Below are positions 11,403 through 25,793 of a stretch of DNA of 64,000 bases, in pieces; positions within the stretch are counted from its first letter, which is position 1; each line of letters starts with the position of its first letter. Both the position numbers and the translations under genes were made by a program. The stretch is from Ignavibacteriota bacterium (lineage in GTDB: Bacteria; Bacteroidota; Ignavibacteria; UBA10030): NCBI GenBank assembly GCA_963701295.1, contig OY969585.1, positions 960,827 to 1,024,826 on the forward strand, written 5' to 3'. A model generated the notes under the pieces. It had not been told where the DNA came from, did no database searches, and worked only from the letters and a program-made list of their open reading frames with translations.

Positions 11403-12794
11403 TTACTTACCGATACAAAATTTTGAGAAAATGTTGTTAAGTATGTCTTCTGTGGTCACAAGTCCAATGATTTCACCGATAGCGTCTATTGCCCTTCGTA
11501 AGTCAAGGGCAATAAATTCCCCACTTTCTCTCGACGTTGAGGATTCGAGCGAAGAAGACAACCCTTCTTTTGCTCTTAGTAATGCGGAATAGTGTCTTTC
11601 ATTCGTAATTGTTACAGATTCCCTGCTTTCTGCCTGTGATTTATCAAGAACATGCTTTTCCAATTCGCTTACTAATAGCTTAATTCCCTCACGACTAATC
11701 GCTGAGGTCTCAACAATGAGACTCTCTTTTATTTCAATGTTGATTTCCGCTTTTTTCGCTTGAAGATCTATTTTATTGTTTGCGATGATCAAGCTACTTT
11801 GAGGATGATTCTTTCGAACATATTCAAGAAATTCCAACTCATCGTTTGTTATAAGCTTTGTGCTATCGTGGACCAGCACAATAATATCGGAAGTCTGTGC
11901 AACCTTCCAAGTCCTCCTTACTCCTTCCTGCTCTATTGAGTCCTTTGTCTGTCGAAGTCCCGCTGTATCTATTATTTTGAAGAGCACTCCTGAAATCGTT
12001 ATTTTTTCTTCTATAAAATCGCGGGTTGTACCTGGTATATCCGTTACAATGGCGCGATCCTCATGGAGCAGCGCATTCAACAAGCTCGACTTGCCCGCAT
12101 TCGGTACACCAACAAGTGCCACACGGACTCCTTCACGCCACACTTTTCCATACTTATAAGTGCATAATAGTTTTTCAATCGCTGATATTCCGGATCCTAT
12201 CGATTCTTCAAATTCTTTCTTGTCGATCAATTCTATATTTTCTTCTACAAAATCTAATTCCAACTCTAATAATCCCGCTAATTTTACTAACTGATCTCGG
12301 ATTAATCGAATTTCTTTTGAGAGCATTCCTTCCAATTGATTCAAAGATGTCTTATATGCTTTATCAGACTGGGCCTGTATGAGATCAGCTACTGCTTCTG
12401 CTTGCGATAGGTCTAGCTTGCCATTGAGAAATGCTCGCCGAGTAAATTCTCCGGGTTCTGCTGTACGAATGCCTGTTTCTAATAGACATTCTAAAACTCG
12501 TCGCGTTACATGTATTCCACCATGACAACTAATTTCAACAGTCTCTTCACCTGTGAACGAAGTTGGGGCAAGAAAGATCGTGCAAACTACATCGTCAATA
12601 ATATTACCACCTATATCGGCAATGCGACCAAAGTGTGCAGTATGGCTTTTCGCAGTCGTAAGATTTTGCTTTCCCCTGAATCGACTCGCTACGTTTTTTA
12701 TTGCAGATTCGCCGCTGACACGAATAACTGAAATTGCGCCTTCGCCTATCGGAGTTGCGATTGCGGCTATTGTATCTCCTAAGTGTCCTATCAT
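11403..12794 (-). CDS. mnmE: tRNA modification GTPase MnmE (TrmE)
   Basis: G-domain GVPNAGKSSLLNAL. C-terminal CIGK motif. Confidence 0.95.
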   Translation of the reverse strand: MIGHLGDTIAAIATPIGEGAISVIRVSGESAIKNVASRFRGKQNLTTAKSHTAHFGRIADIGGNIIDDVVCTIFLAPTSFTGEETVEISCHGGIHVTRRVLECLLETGIRTAEPGEFTRRAFLNGKLDLSQAEAVADLIQAQSDKAYKTSLNQLEGMLSKEIRLIRDQLVKLAGLLELELDFVEENIELIDKKEFEESIGSGISAIEKLLCTYKYGKVWREGVRVALVGVPNAGKSSLLNALLHEDRAIVTDIPGTTRDFIEEKITISGVLFKIIDTAGLRQTKDSIEQEGVRRTWKVAQTSDIIVLVHDSTKLITNDELEFLEYVRKNHPQSSLIIANNKIDLQAKKAEINIEIKESLIVETSAISREGIKLLVSELEKHVLDKSQAESRESVTITNERHYSALLRAKEGLSSSLESSTSRESGEFIALDLRRAIDAIGEIIGLVTTEDILNNIFSKFCIGK

Positions 12795-12916
12795 TTCCTT
12801 TTTTGCCTATTTCCAGAACAAAATGTACGAAATACCAAGTCCTTCCACAATGCCATAAATAAGAACGCCTTGTTGTTAACAAGGCGTTCCACGGAAACAT
12901 ACTGCTTCTCTTAAAA

Positions 12917-14698
12917 TTATTTTTTTAATCGAGGCATATCTTTTGCAAATTTAAATATTCCGCCATGTGTTTTCTTTTGGGGTTCAATTTTTCGGAGGGG
13001 TTCATCATCATGCTGTTTGTTGATCAACAATTGTTGACCAATCGAAAGTATGTTGAATACTGTGTAATACAAATTCAATCCAGCAGGAAAACCATTGAAC
13101 AAAAACGTCATCATAAGGGGCATCATCCACACCATAGCTTTTTGTCGTGGATCTTTTGTTGTCATCTTTGTTTGGAAAAACATTGTGACACCCATAAGCA
13201 CTGCGATGCCACTTACGTCTTGTATACCGATTAATGGCAGTTTGAAGGGTAAGCGATAAATTACGTCAGGAACTGATAAGTCTGTTATCCAACCCACAAA
13301 ATTTGCTTGCCTTAATTCAATTGCACCGCGAAACACAGAATAGAGTGCGTACATAATCGGCATTTGCAATAAGAGTGGTAAACAACCGCCGGCCGGATTT
13401 ACACCATATTCTTTATAGAGATTCATAATCGACTGATTCATCTTCTGTGGATCATCCTTATACTTCTCACGCAATTCATCCATTAAGGGCTGGAGTTTTT
13501 GCATCTTCTTCATTGACTTCATCTGACTTTTGGACAATGGATGCAACGCTACCTTTATGAGAATTGAAAAGATGATGATAACCAAACCCCAATTTGGAAT
13601 TACGTAATGAATTGCAGTAAAAATTGGGAGCATGATGTATTCAGAAATGGGGCGTATTAACCATGCCCATCCCAAACTCATTATTTTTTCCAGACTTGTG
13701 CCATACGACTTTAATTCACCGTGCTGTAGAGGACCCAGAAACACTTTGAATATACTTTTTTCACTTTGTTCTCCCCTGTATGGCATCTTCAAGGAAATAT
13801 TGTACGTTTCTAAGGATCCATTATCTGGCATCGCGGTGCGTGTTCCTTCTAAATACGCTCCTTCACTTACCGTGCCAACCGGAATAAGAGCAACTGCAAA
13901 ATATTTATTGCGCGTTGCAACCCAATCTATGCCGCCTGAGATTTCTTTTTGAACCTTTTGATCAACTTTTGACGCATCAATATCGGTGAGTTCATTTGCA
14001 GTGAATGCGTATGCAGCCGCAAAACTGGATTCATCTACGCTGTTGCGTTCGGCATAACGAATGCCATGTTCCCAGGCTACTTCATATTGGAAATTTGATA
14101 TAACTGAACCGAGATTCAATAATTGTATTTCTGTCTCAAATCCATATTCCCCGTTACGGAACTTCATCTTTTTCACAAGTTGTCCACCATTTGTAGCAGG
14201 AAGTATGAATGTTACTTCAAATTCAAAATTCCCTTCGAGTTGCACATAGCTACTGGGTGTGATAACATCAAAATAAAGGTCTTTCGTATTGATCACCCGT
14301 CCGTCGGATGTTGTGAGAAGAACAGTAAAATCTCCTTTGTACATATAATCAATCAATTGAACTGGTTGGCCATCCCATGTTTTGAACTTCTTGAGCTCCC
14401 ACTTACGAAGCACTCCCCCCCTCGAAGATATTTCTGCCGAATAATTATCTGTTTCAATAGAAATTATCTTTTCTTTTCCCCTTGCCCTTTCAGAGAAGAA
14501 TTTTCCGTATGGATTAACTTGCTGTATTTCTTTCGGTTCTGGTGCTTTTGGCTGAACTACTTTAACTGTATCTTTTTCTTGTCCTTGTTTTACTATTTGA
14601 TCCGGTTGCTTTATTTTTTGTTTTGGTGAATTGAGCCACATCCAGGCAACAAGTACGACAAAGATTAAAATGAAACCAATTATTGATTGTCGATCCAT
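12917..14698 (-). CDS. yidC: membrane protein insertase YidC
   Basis: 593 aa. N-terminal anchor plus the C-terminal 5-TM insertase region. Confidence 0.9.
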   Translation of the reverse strand: MDRQSIIGFILIFVVLVAWMWLNSPKQKIKQPDQIVKQGQEKDTVKVVQPKAPEPKEIQQVNPYGKFFSERARGKEKIISIETDNYSAEISSRGGVLRKWELKKFKTWDGQPVQLIDYMYKGDFTVLLTTSDGRVINTKDLYFDVITPSSYVQLEGNFEFEVTFILPATNGGQLVKKMKFRNGEYGFETEIQLLNLGSVISNFQYEVAWEHGIRYAERNSVDESSFAAAYAFTANELTDIDASKVDQKVQKEISGGIDWVATRNKYFAVALIPVGTVSEGAYLEGTRTAMPDNGSLETYNISLKMPYRGEQSEKSIFKVFLGPLQHGELKSYGTSLEKIMSLGWAWLIRPISEYIMLPIFTAIHYVIPNWGLVIIIFSILIKVALHPLSKSQMKSMKKMQKLQPLMDELREKYKDDPQKMNQSIMNLYKEYGVNPAGGCLPLLLQMPIMYALYSVFRGAIELRQANFVGWITDLSVPDVIYRLPFKLPLIGIQDVSGIAVLMGVTMFFQTKMTTKDPRQKAMVWMMPLMMTFLFNGFPAGLNLYYTVFNILSIGQQLLINKQHDDEPLRKIEPQKKTHGGIFKFAKDMPRLKK

Positions 14699-14730
14699 AA
14701 TGAATTTACCTTGATTCTACTTGTGAAAAA

Positions 14731-14946
14731 TTAAGGAACGGGATCATACCCGCCCGACATACTAAAGGGATGACATTTAGAAATTCTTCTTATCGTAAGC
14801 CGAAATCCACAGAAAATTCCATGGGACTTAACGGCTTCAAGAGAATATTCTGAGCATGATGGGTAAAACCGGCAATGATTAAACGGGAGCATCAATGAAA
14901 TTGTATGTTGATACAGTCGAATTAGAAAAATAATTATGAGCTTCAT
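14731..14946 (-). CDS. yidD: membrane protein insertion efficiency factor YidD
   Basis: 71 aa. YQ..IS..LP..CRF.PSCSEY motif. Confidence 0.85.
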   Translation of the reverse strand: MKLIIIFLIRLYQHTISLMLPFNHCRFYPSCSEYSLEAVKSHGIFCGFRLTIRRISKCHPFSMSGGYDPVP

Positions 14947-14961
14947 TCTCTCACCACTGGA

Positions 14962-15342
14962 TCAATCCTCAAAAATCATTGAACAAAGGGCAGATAATGC
15001 TTGAATGATAGATGAGAAGCGCACCATGGTTGGCATGATTTCTGTGTTCCCATTATACATAAAAACGATTTCGACCTGTGTTCCCAAACTCAGTTGTCTA
15101 ATGAAATCTGTCTTCTTGACAAGAAACGCTTCTCTCATTAATCGCTTTAATCTGTTGCGGTGAGCGGCTGTTCTGATTTTCTTTGAAACTGCGTAACCAA
15201 CATGTAGAGATGTTTTTTTTGAGATCGATGATAACACAAAAGCTTTTATAGGCTGCTTTTCATACCTCTTACCTCGAGTAATGATTCTCGTGAATGTTCC
15301 CAATCCGCTTAGGATTTCAATAGATGGTTGTGAAGGAGGCAT
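14962..15342 (-). CDS. rnpA: ribonuclease P protein component
   Basis: Basic RNR motif AAHRNRLKRLMREAF. Position between rpmH and yidD. Confidence 0.8.
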   Translation of the reverse strand: MPPSQPSIEILSGLGTFTRIITRGKRYEKQPIKAFVLSSISKKTSLHVGYAVSKKIRTAAHRNRLKRLMREAFLVKKTDFIRQLSLGTQVEIVFMYNGNTEIMPTMVRFSSIIQALSALCSMIFED

Positions 15343-15372
15343 GTGGCGCCAGTTTTCATACGTTTTTTTTTC

Positions 15373-15519
15373 TTATCGCTCATCGCTAACCGTGAGCTTT
15401 TTTCTACCTGTTGCGCGCCGCCTGTTAATTACTTTTCGCCCGCTTTTTGTTGCCATTCGTGCACGAAACCCATGTGTGTTTTTTCTTTTCCGCTTATGAG
15501 GTTGATACGTTCGTTTCAT
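15373..15519 (-). CDS. rpmH: 50S ribosomal protein L34
   Basis: Hand translation of the minus strand gives [48 protein letters not shown] (49 aa). It is not in the ORF track because it is under 60 aa. Confidence 0.85.
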   Translation of the reverse strand: MKRTYQPHKRKRKNTHGFRARMATKSGRKVINRRRATGRKKLTVSDER

Positions 15520-15722
15520 CTGAATATGCTCTCTCTTGTTTGTAGTCTTCTATTATTATTTAGAATGAATTTACTAAAATAATGATGTACAAACAAGAGA
15601 ACTTGTACAAAGAATTTTTTCCGTGATTTCCTAAGAAGTAAAAAAAATAATTGTAAAAATTCCACTTGCATGCTTCCATCATTGATGCTATTATTAAGCC
15701 CACTTGTTATATTGATCAGCAC

Positions 15723-15853
15723 TGTTGATAACTTGTGGAAAGTGACATAGTGTTCATTATGGTTTTTTTGGTTCATCTGTCTGCCCTGTTTATTATTTAA
15801 TTATTGATGACTTTTGAACCGACTGTACTCTGTGCACATAATTGTGGATAAGT
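15723..15853. promoter_or_regulatory. DnaA-box cluster upstream of dnaA
   Basis: Perfect box TGTGGATAA (reverse of TTATCCACA) at 15843-15851. TGTTGATAA (8/9) at 15723-15731. TGTGGAAAG (7/9) at 15734-15742. AT-rich tracts flank them. Confidence 0.5.
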
Positions 15854-15904
15854 TGTGTTTACTATGATTTCCTTCGTGATTCGTTGGAGTATGTTATGAC
15901 GCTG

Positions 15905-17335
15905 CCTGCTCATGATGTCCAATTTGTTGATAATCAAGTCGTCGCAATTAAAACTTGGGAACAATGTTTAACAATAATTAAAGATCAAGTTTCTACATTG
16001 AGTTTTAAGACATGGTTTCAACCAATTGTGCCTGTTAGCTTAAATGGAAAAGATTTAACTGTGCAAGTGCCAAGTCAATTTTTTTACGATTGGCTTGAGG
16101 AGCATTATAATACAATACTTCATAATACAATCACATCGGTAATGGGTGAAACTGGTAGTCTTTTTTATATTGTTACATCTGAGGAACATGCATCTGCTCC
16201 TCAAGCAAATCTTGGTTTTGACGTTATTCCTTCAACCATCGATTCCGTACGCACACAACCATTTGCACCACATGTTCCGCTTAGAACAGAAAATTTGCAA
16301 TCTATCAGAAGTAATTTCAATCCTCGTTATACATTTGATAATTTTATCAAGGGGGATTGTAACCAGCTTGCTAGAGCGGCAGCTTTGGCTGTTGCGAACA
16401 ATCCTGGCGGTACATCTTTTAATCCGCTAGTTCTGTATGGTGGCACGGGTCTTGGAAAAACACATTTGATGCATGCACTGGGAAATCATGCTGCAACCAA
16501 TGGTAAAGCAAAGCGTATTGCGTATGTATCTAGTGAAAAATTTACAGTCGATTTTGTAGAAGCAATTCAAGGCGATAAAGTACAAGAGTTTTCTTCTTTT
16601 TATAGAAGCATGGATTTATTAGTTGTTGATGACATACAATTTTTTGCTGGAAAAGAGAAAACACAGGATAATTTTTTCCATACCTTCAATACATTGTACC
16701 AACTGGGTAAACAAATTGTCCTTTCCTCAGATGTTCCTCCAAAGGAATTGCGCGGTTTGGATGAGCGTTTGATCTCCCGTTTTCAATGTGGGCTTACAGC
16801 AGACATTCAACCTCCTGATCTGGAAACGCGCATTGCCATTCTTCAAAAGAAAAGCGAAGAAAACTCTTTAGAGTTACCTTCAAATGTTGTTGATTTTATC
16901 GCTGCTAATGTCAAAAAGAACATCCGCGAATTAGAGGGTTGTCTTATCAGCCTTTTTGCTAGGGCATCTTTAGAAAATCGCGAAATTGGTATTGATCTTG
17001 CAAAAGATGTTTTACGTGTTATTGTAAACGATCTACGAACACCGTTAAGCATAGAACAAATTCAAAAAATTGTTTGTGAATTTTTTGATATTCCTGTTGA
17101 CCTTCTTCGTGCTAAGACTCGGCGTCAGGAAATTGTAATCGCTAGACAGACTGCTATGTTCCTTGCGAAAGAACTCACAAACTCCTCTCTCAAAACCATT
17201 GGTCTCCATTTTGGCGGAAGAGATCACAGCACGGTGATTCACGCATGTCAAGCTATTGAGGAGTTTTTAAAAACAGATAGCGTTTACAAACAACACCTAG
17301 ATCAGATACGTCGAAAGATTGAACTCAACGAGTAA
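15905..17335 (+). CDS. dnaA: chromosomal replication initiator DnaA
   Basis: AAA+ motif GGTGLGKTHLMHA and the C-terminal DNA-binding domain. The ATG at 15905 is preceded by GGAG. The TTG at 15842 in the ORF track overlaps a DnaA box and is less likely. Confidence 0.9.
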   Translation, partial: PAHDVQFVDNQVVAIKTWEQCLTIIKDQVSTLSFKTWFQPIVPVSLNGKDLTVQVPSQFFYDWLEEHYNTILHNTITSVMGETGSLFYIVTSEEHASAPQANLGFDVIPSTIDSVRTQPFAPHVPLRTENLQSIRSNFNPRYTFDNFIKGDCNQLARAAALAVANNPGGTSFNPLVLYGGTGLGKTHLMHALGNHAATNGKAKRIAYVSSEKFTVDFVEAIQGDKVQEFSSFYRSMDLLVVDDIQFFAGKEKTQDNFFHTFNTLYQLGKQIVLSSDVPPKELRGLDERLISRFQCGLTADIQPPDLETRIAILQKKSEENSLELPSNVVDFIAANVKKNIRELEGCLISLFARASLENREIGIDLAKDVLRVIVNDLRTPLSIEQIQKIVCEFFDIPVDLLRAKTRRQEIVIARQTAMFLAKELTNSSLKTIGLHFGGRDHSTVIHACQAIEEFLKTDSVYKQHLDQIRRKIELNE

Positions 17336-17681
17336 TTTCTTTGACTCTTTTTTATTATAACTTGTAGATAATAGGTGTGAGAAGATTCTTTCAGTGTTAA
17401 TAAAAGCATATTATACAGAGTTCATCAGTTTAAACTGATGAATATGTTTAAAACATCGGTCTTTATCACTCTGTTTTCACATTAATCCTTTTGGTCTTAT
17501 ACCTGTTTTTTCTTGTTTTTTTACTGAGTTTAAATGTTATCCACAGTATCAATATATTTATTATAATTAATCTTATTTCTTTAAAAACATATTATATTAA
17601 TAGTTACAATTTATTGTGAATCTGCTAAATATTTGGTAATTTCAATAAAATAAAAGACATTGTGATAGAGGAGTTATCGGA
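17336..17681. promoter_or_regulatory. candidate oriC (dnaA-dnaN intergenic)
   Basis: Perfect DnaA box TTATCCACA at 17537-17545. About 80 bp of nearly pure AT (17551-17640) is a likely unwinding element. A 22-bp perfect palindrome lies at 17421-17442. Confidence 0.5.
17421..17442. repeat. 22-bp perfect palindrome TTCATCAGTTTAAACTGATGAA
   Basis: Read directly from the sequence. It lies 85 bp downstream of the dnaA stop, and could be a hairpin terminator or a protein-binding site. Confidence 0.8.
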
Positions 17682-18797
17682 ATGAAGTTTACCGTAGAAA
17701 GTAATGAACTCCAAAAGGCCCTGATGAAAATAAGCGGGGTAGTTCCATCTAAATCAACCCTTCCTATACTCGAGAACATACTCTTTTCACTCTCAAATAA
17801 TTCTCTCTTGCTTGTTGCTACAGATCTGGAAATCTCAATGTCAGCAACATTAGAAGTAAGAGGAAGTGAAAATGGTTCTATAGCCGTACCAGCAAAGAGA
17901 GTTATGGATACTTTGAGGGCATTGCCAGAAGCTCAGCTTGTATTTCATGCAGATATTTCAACAAACAAAATTCGGATGATAACGGAAAACGGTGAATATA
18001 ATCTTATAGGTGAAACGAGCCAGGATTATCCAGCTATTCCAGAATTTAAGGGTGAAAGCGAAATTGTATTTGAGGGTTCACTCATAGGATCAATGATCTC
18101 AAAAACTATTTTCTCTGTTAGCACAGATGAATTACGCCCTGCAATGACGGGATTACTTCTTCAATTAAAAGATGGTGAGATATGTGCTGTTGCAACAGAC
18201 GGACATCGATTGGTCCGTGTTGTCTACTCAAAAATAGCGCAAGCAAAAATACATAAGGATATTATTATTCCGGCAAAAGCACTTATATTAGTATCAAAAG
18301 CAATTGAAGACGGAACAAAGACCATCTCTTTTAATACAACACATATTAAATTCTCATTTAAGAACTTTACGCTTACTTCGCGTCTTATTGAGGAAAACTA
18401 TCCAAACTATGAGAGTGTAATACCTCTTGAAAACGACAAAAAACTCTTAGTAGATAGAAATGAATTATTGGCAGCTGTGAAAAGAGTTTCTCTTTACTCA
18501 AGTAACACCACACATCAAATACGATTTTCGACGAAAAAGAACGAATTGAAAATCATGGGTGAAGATGTTGACTTTGGAGGTGAAGCGAAGGAGCGGGTTG
18601 TGTGCAATTATTCCGCAGATAATATGGAGATTGGTTTTAACGCAACATATCTTATAGATATTCTTTCGCACATTGATTCTGCTGAAGTAGTTTTTAGTTT
18701 TAGCAGTTCAGTAAAAGCGGCAATCATTAAACCGACGACCATGAAAGAGAATGAAGATGTTTTGATGTTAGTCATGCCCATGCGTCTTAATGTATAA
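17682..18797 (+). CDS. dnaN: DNA polymerase III beta sliding clamp
   Basis: 371 aa. N-terminus MKFTVESNELQKAL. GAGGAG Shine-Dalgarno 8 nt upstream. Confidence 0.95.
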   Translation: MKFTVESNELQKALMKISGVVPSKSTLPILENILFSLSNNSLLLVATDLEISMSATLEVRGSENGSIAVPAKRVMDTLRALPEAQLVFHADISTNKIRMITENGEYNLIGETSQDYPAIPEFKGESEIVFEGSLIGSMISKTIFSVSTDELRPAMTGLLLQLKDGEICAVATDGHRLVRVVYSKIAQAKIHKDIIIPAKALILVSKAIEDGTKTISFNTTHIKFSFKNFTLTSRLIEENYPNYESVIPLENDKKLLVDRNELLAAVKRVSLYSSNTTHQIRFSTKKNELKIMGEDVDFGGEAKERVVCNYSADNMEIGFNATYLIDILSHIDSAEVVFSFSSSVKAAIIKPTTMKENEDVLMLVMPMRLNV

Positions 18798-20000
18798 TTA
18801 AGAACCATGTGTTGTTGTAAAAGAGTGAATAGCCCCATCCTGAAGAGGATTTGGGGCTATCGCGTTGTAAATAAGGTGGTCTAGACTTGAATCTGCAACG
18901 CATCGTACTTGATAATTTTAGAAATCACAGCTCTACACTAATTGAGTGCTCTCCCGGCGTAAATCTTTTTTTGGGCAACAACGGGGAGGGGAAGACAAAC
19001 ATTCTTGAAGGGATTTCATATTTTTGTCTTGCAAAAAGTTTTTATGCGGCAAGTGATTCTGTAGTCATGAAAATAGGCGGATCTGGCTTTACTGCAACCG
19101 GTAAAATTCTTTCCGATAGCGGAGTTGAGTATGAGATTCAGGTAGAGTTTGAGCGAGAGCTTAACCAAAAAACCATTACAGTGAACAAAGCGAGAATAGA
19201 CAAAGCATCCTCGCTGATCGGGTGGTTTCCTGTGGTTATTCTCTCGCCAGAGCAAAGCACGATAACGTTTGGATCTCCATCGGATAGACGACGGTTTATA
19301 GATTTTGTTGTGTCGCAATCGAGCAGGATATACTTAGAGAGCCTGATGGATTACCGACGAATCTTAAAGCAGCGAAATAAGATCTTATCGGAGATACAAA
19401 TAACGCGCAGTGAAAACGGAGACGCAATTGAACCATGGAATGACAGTCTTATCAGAGTTGGTTCGTCTATTATGAAGAAACGCGAAGAGTTTATTGAAGA
19501 TTTCCGTGGAATAATGGTTAATGCTTATGCTCGGCTTTCCGGAATGAATGAACAGCCTAAGATCGATTATTCACCATCGTTTGAATATGCAGAGAACAAT
19601 GAAGATGTAATTGAGACATTATTTAGAAAAGCTCTTCAAAATCAATTTTCAGATGAACGACGCATTGGATATACACTTGTTGGACCGCATCGAGATGAGT
19701 TTATATTCCAAATAAACGGGCTTCATACGAAAAACTTCGCTTCGCAGGGCCAGCATAAAACCTTTTTAGTTGCTCTGAAATTAGCCGAATTCTTCTATCT
19801 GAAAAATAGATGCAGTGAAACACCCATCTTGTTGCTTGATGATGTTCTCAGCGAGTTAGACGAATATAGATGCCGCAGATTGCTAGAAGTAGCATCCAAC
19901 ATAGGGCAAGTCTTCATTACTTCTACAAATGAGCATGCTCTCGATGGGTTATCGGTTGTTTCAGCGAATCCACGGAAGTTCTTTGTAAAACAAGGAAGAA

Positions 20001-23018
<3,018 letters not shown>

Positions 23019-23051
23019 TTTCACTTAAGGAGGTACAAAAAAAGATAATCC

Positions 23052-25712
23052 ATGGCAACAGTAAACGAAAAAACAATACCGGTAGATATTGAAGATGAAA
23101 TGAAAGGATCGTACATCGACTACTCGATGTCGGTTATCGTGTCGCGTGCACTTCCCGATGTACGCGATGGTCTCAAGCCTGTACATCGGCGCGTATTATT
23201 CGGTATGCAAGGACTCGGTTTGGCAAGTAACCGGGCGTATAAGAAAAGCGCACGGATCGTTGGTGAAGTGCTTGGTAAGTATCACCCACACGGCGATACA
23301 GCGGTGTATGATACTATGGTGCGTATGGCTCAAGACTTTTCCATGCGCTATATGCTTGTGGATGGGCAGGGGAACTTCGGATCAGTGGACGGCGATTCAC
23401 CTGCGGCAATGCGTTATACAGAAGCACGCCTGACCCGCATTGCAGAAGAGATGTTGAAGGATCTTGAAAAGAATACCGTCAATTTTACATCAAACTTTGA
23501 TGATACATTGCAAGAACCGACGGTTATGCCGTCGCTCGTTCCCAATCTGCTTTGTAATGGCGCCAGTGGTATTGCAGTCGGCATGGCAACAAACATCCCA
23601 CCCCACAATCTCCGTGAGGTCATCGACGGCTGCCTTGCCTATATCAAAGATCCAATCATCAGCAATGAAAAGCTGATGAAGAACATCCTCGCGCCAGACT
23701 TTCCGACCGGCGGCATCATTTACGGGTATGGAGGTGTGAAAGATGCATACACGACAGGACGCGGCAAAATTATCGTGCGTGCAAGAGCGAACATCGAGAC
23801 AGGCAAAGGAGAACGTCAGCGAATTATCGTTACAGAGTTGCCTTATCAAGTAAATAAAGCTTCGCTGATTGAAAAGATTGCAGAGCTTGTTACCGATAAG
23901 AAGTTAGAAGATATTTCAGATATACGGGATGAATCTGATCGTGATGGATTACGGGTTGTGATCGAACTCAAGCGTGAGGCAAATGCTGAGGTAGTGCTCA
24001 ACAATCTCTATAAGCACACACAGATGCAGACAACATTCGGCGTCAATCTCTTGGCATTGGTAGATGGCCGTCCTCAGGTATTGAAATTACGCGAATTTAT
24101 TCAGCATTTCATTGAGCATCGCAATGAAGTTGTTGTTCGCCGAACAAAGTTCGATTTAGATGAAGCGGAGAAACGTGCACACATCCTCGAAGGGTATATC
24201 ATTGCGCTCGATAATATTGATGAAGTGATTGCACTCATCAAGAAATCGAAAGACGTGGAAAGCGCAAAGCTTGGCTTGATGAAGAAATTCAAGCTTTCCG
24301 AGATTCAGGCGAAAGCGATTCTCGATATGCGTCTCCAGCGGTTGACTGGTCTTGAGCGCAAGAAAGTGGAAGATGAATACCGAGAGATGATCAAGCTCAT
24401 CGAGAAGTTGAAAACCATTCTCAAGAGCAAACAACTTCAGATGAAAATCATCGAAGAAGAACTGAACGAGATAAAAGAAAAATATGGTGACGATCGACGT
24501 ACCGAAATTATTTACAAAGCCGAAGAATTCCGTATTGAAGATATGATTGCAGAAGAGGAAGTTGTGGTAACGATCAGCCATGGCGGTTTCATAAAAAGGT
24601 TCCCGGTATCAGGGTATCGGCGGCAATCACGCGGCGGAAAAGGTGTTACTGGAGCCGCAACACGCGAAGACGATTTTGTGGCACATATGTTTATCGCCAG
24701 CACACACAACTATGTGCTTATTTTCACAAATAAAGGAAGATGTCACTGGTTAAAAGTATTTGAGATTCCAGAAGGCGGCAGAACCACCAAAGGCAAGTCG
24801 ATCAACAATTTAATTTCAAAAGATCCAAATGAAGAAATTGCATCATTCATTGCTGTAAAAGAATTCGATGAAAATCATTTTGTCTTCATGTTTTCAGAGC
24901 AAGGGCTAGTGAAAAAAGTGGTGCTTTCAGAGTTCAGCAATCCGCGGCGAAGCGGCATCGTAGCGGCAAATTTGAAAAAAGGAGATCAATTAACAGATGT
25001 TAAACTGACAGATGGTGCGCAGGATATTGTCATTGGCACTTATAACGGTCTCGCTATTCGCTTCCATGAAAATGAAATTCGTCCGATGGGACGAACTGCA
25101 GCAGGTGTGCGCGGCATTCGACTTGGGAAGAACGACAAAGTTGTCGGCGCAGTAAATTTGCAGCGAAAAGGAACATCGATTCTTGTCGCTACGCAAAAAG
25201 GATTCGGCAAGCGCAGCGAGGAGAACGAATACCGCACGAGCCATAGGGGCGGCAAAGGAATCTTCACGGTAAAGACATCTGATAAGACCGGTAAAATGGT
25301 AGCAATCAAAGAAGTTGTCGATACAGACGACGTTGTCATTGTTACCAGCGATGGCATGGTCATTCGTCAACATGCGGCAAATATTCGTGTTGCTGGACGG
25401 AATACGCAAGGAGTACATCTTATCAGATTGAATGAGGGAGACACCGTCGCTGCAGTTGCTGCGGTTGTTGCTGAGGAAGAAGAAGATAAACAACTTGCCG
25501 AGAAGGAAAAATTCCTCACTAATGGAAAATCTACGATACCAGTTAAAGTCGACAACGGAGGGAAAGGGAATCTAAAACAGGAGAATCTGTTTGCTCCAAA
25601 ATCCGGAAAAACAGAAAAGAGAAAACAATTTCCGCCGAAGAAGATCGAGAAACTGAAGAAATTAGTTCCATCGAGAAAAAACAAGAAGGGAAAAAAAGGC
25701 AAACGAAAATAA
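23052..25712 (+). CDS. gyrA: DNA gyrase subunit A, with a lysine-rich C-terminal extension
   Basis: Active-site region [10 protein letters not shown] and the quinolone-resistance region [10 protein letters not shown]. The tail ...[24 protein letters not shown]. Confidence 0.95.
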   Translation: MATVNEKTIPVDIEDEMKGSYIDYSMSVIVSRALPDVRDGLKPVHRRVLFGMQGLGLASNRAYKKSARIVGEVLGKYHPHGDTAVYDTMVRMAQDFSMRYMLVDGQGNFGSVDGDSPAAMRYTEARLTRIAEEMLKDLEKNTVNFTSNFDDTLQEPTVMPSLVPNLLCNGASGIAVGMATNIPPHNLREVIDGCLAYIKDPIISNEKLMKNILAPDFPTGGIIYGYGGVKDAYTTGRGKIIVRARANIETGKGERQRIIVTELPYQVNKASLIEKIAELVTDKKLEDISDIRDESDRDGLRVVIELKREANAEVVLNNLYKHTQMQTTFGVNLLALVDGRPQVLKLREFIQHFIEHRNEVVVRRTKFDLDEAEKRAHILEGYIIALDNIDEVIALIKKSKDVESAKLGLMKKFKLSEIQAKAILDMRLQRLTGLERKKVEDEYREMIKLIEKLKTILKSKQLQMKIIEEELNEIKEKYGDDRRTEIIYKAEEFRIEDMIAEEEVVVTISHGGFIKRFPVSGYRRQSRGGKGVTGAATREDDFVAHMFIASTHNYVLIFTNKGRCHWLKVFEIPEGGRTTKGKSINNLISKDPNEEIASFIAVKEFDENHFVFMFSEQGLVKKVVLSEFSNPRRSGIVAANLKKGDQLTDVKLTDGAQDIVIGTYNGLAIRFHENEIRPMGRTAAGVRGIRLGKNDKVVGAVNLQRKGTSILVATQKGFGKRSEENEYRTSHRGGKGIFTVKTSDKTGKMVAIKEVVDTDDVVIVTSDGMVIRQHAANIRVAGRNTQGVHLIRLNEGDTVAAVAAVVAEEEEDKQLAEKEKFLTNGKSTIPVKVDNGGKGNLKQENLFAPKSGKTEKRKQFPPKKIEKLKKLVPSRKNKKGKKGKRK

Positions 25713-25793
25713 ACTCGTTTCAAAGATAAAAAACACCTTAAATTCTTTATTAAGAGACTTTTCACTAAACTTATGCTTTACCTCATAATATGA

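Noticed and set aside
15842-15904. An upstream TTG start for dnaA
   Set aside because: It overlaps a perfect DnaA box. The ATG at 15905 has a GGAG Shine-Dalgarno, and it gives the usual spacing before the conserved W..CL N-terminal motif.
24156-25493. Long antisense ORFs (141 and 167 aa) inside gyrA
   Set aside because: They lie entirely within a confidently called conserved gene on the opposite strand. Their composition is low-complexity and they show no motifs. They are typical of chance open frames.
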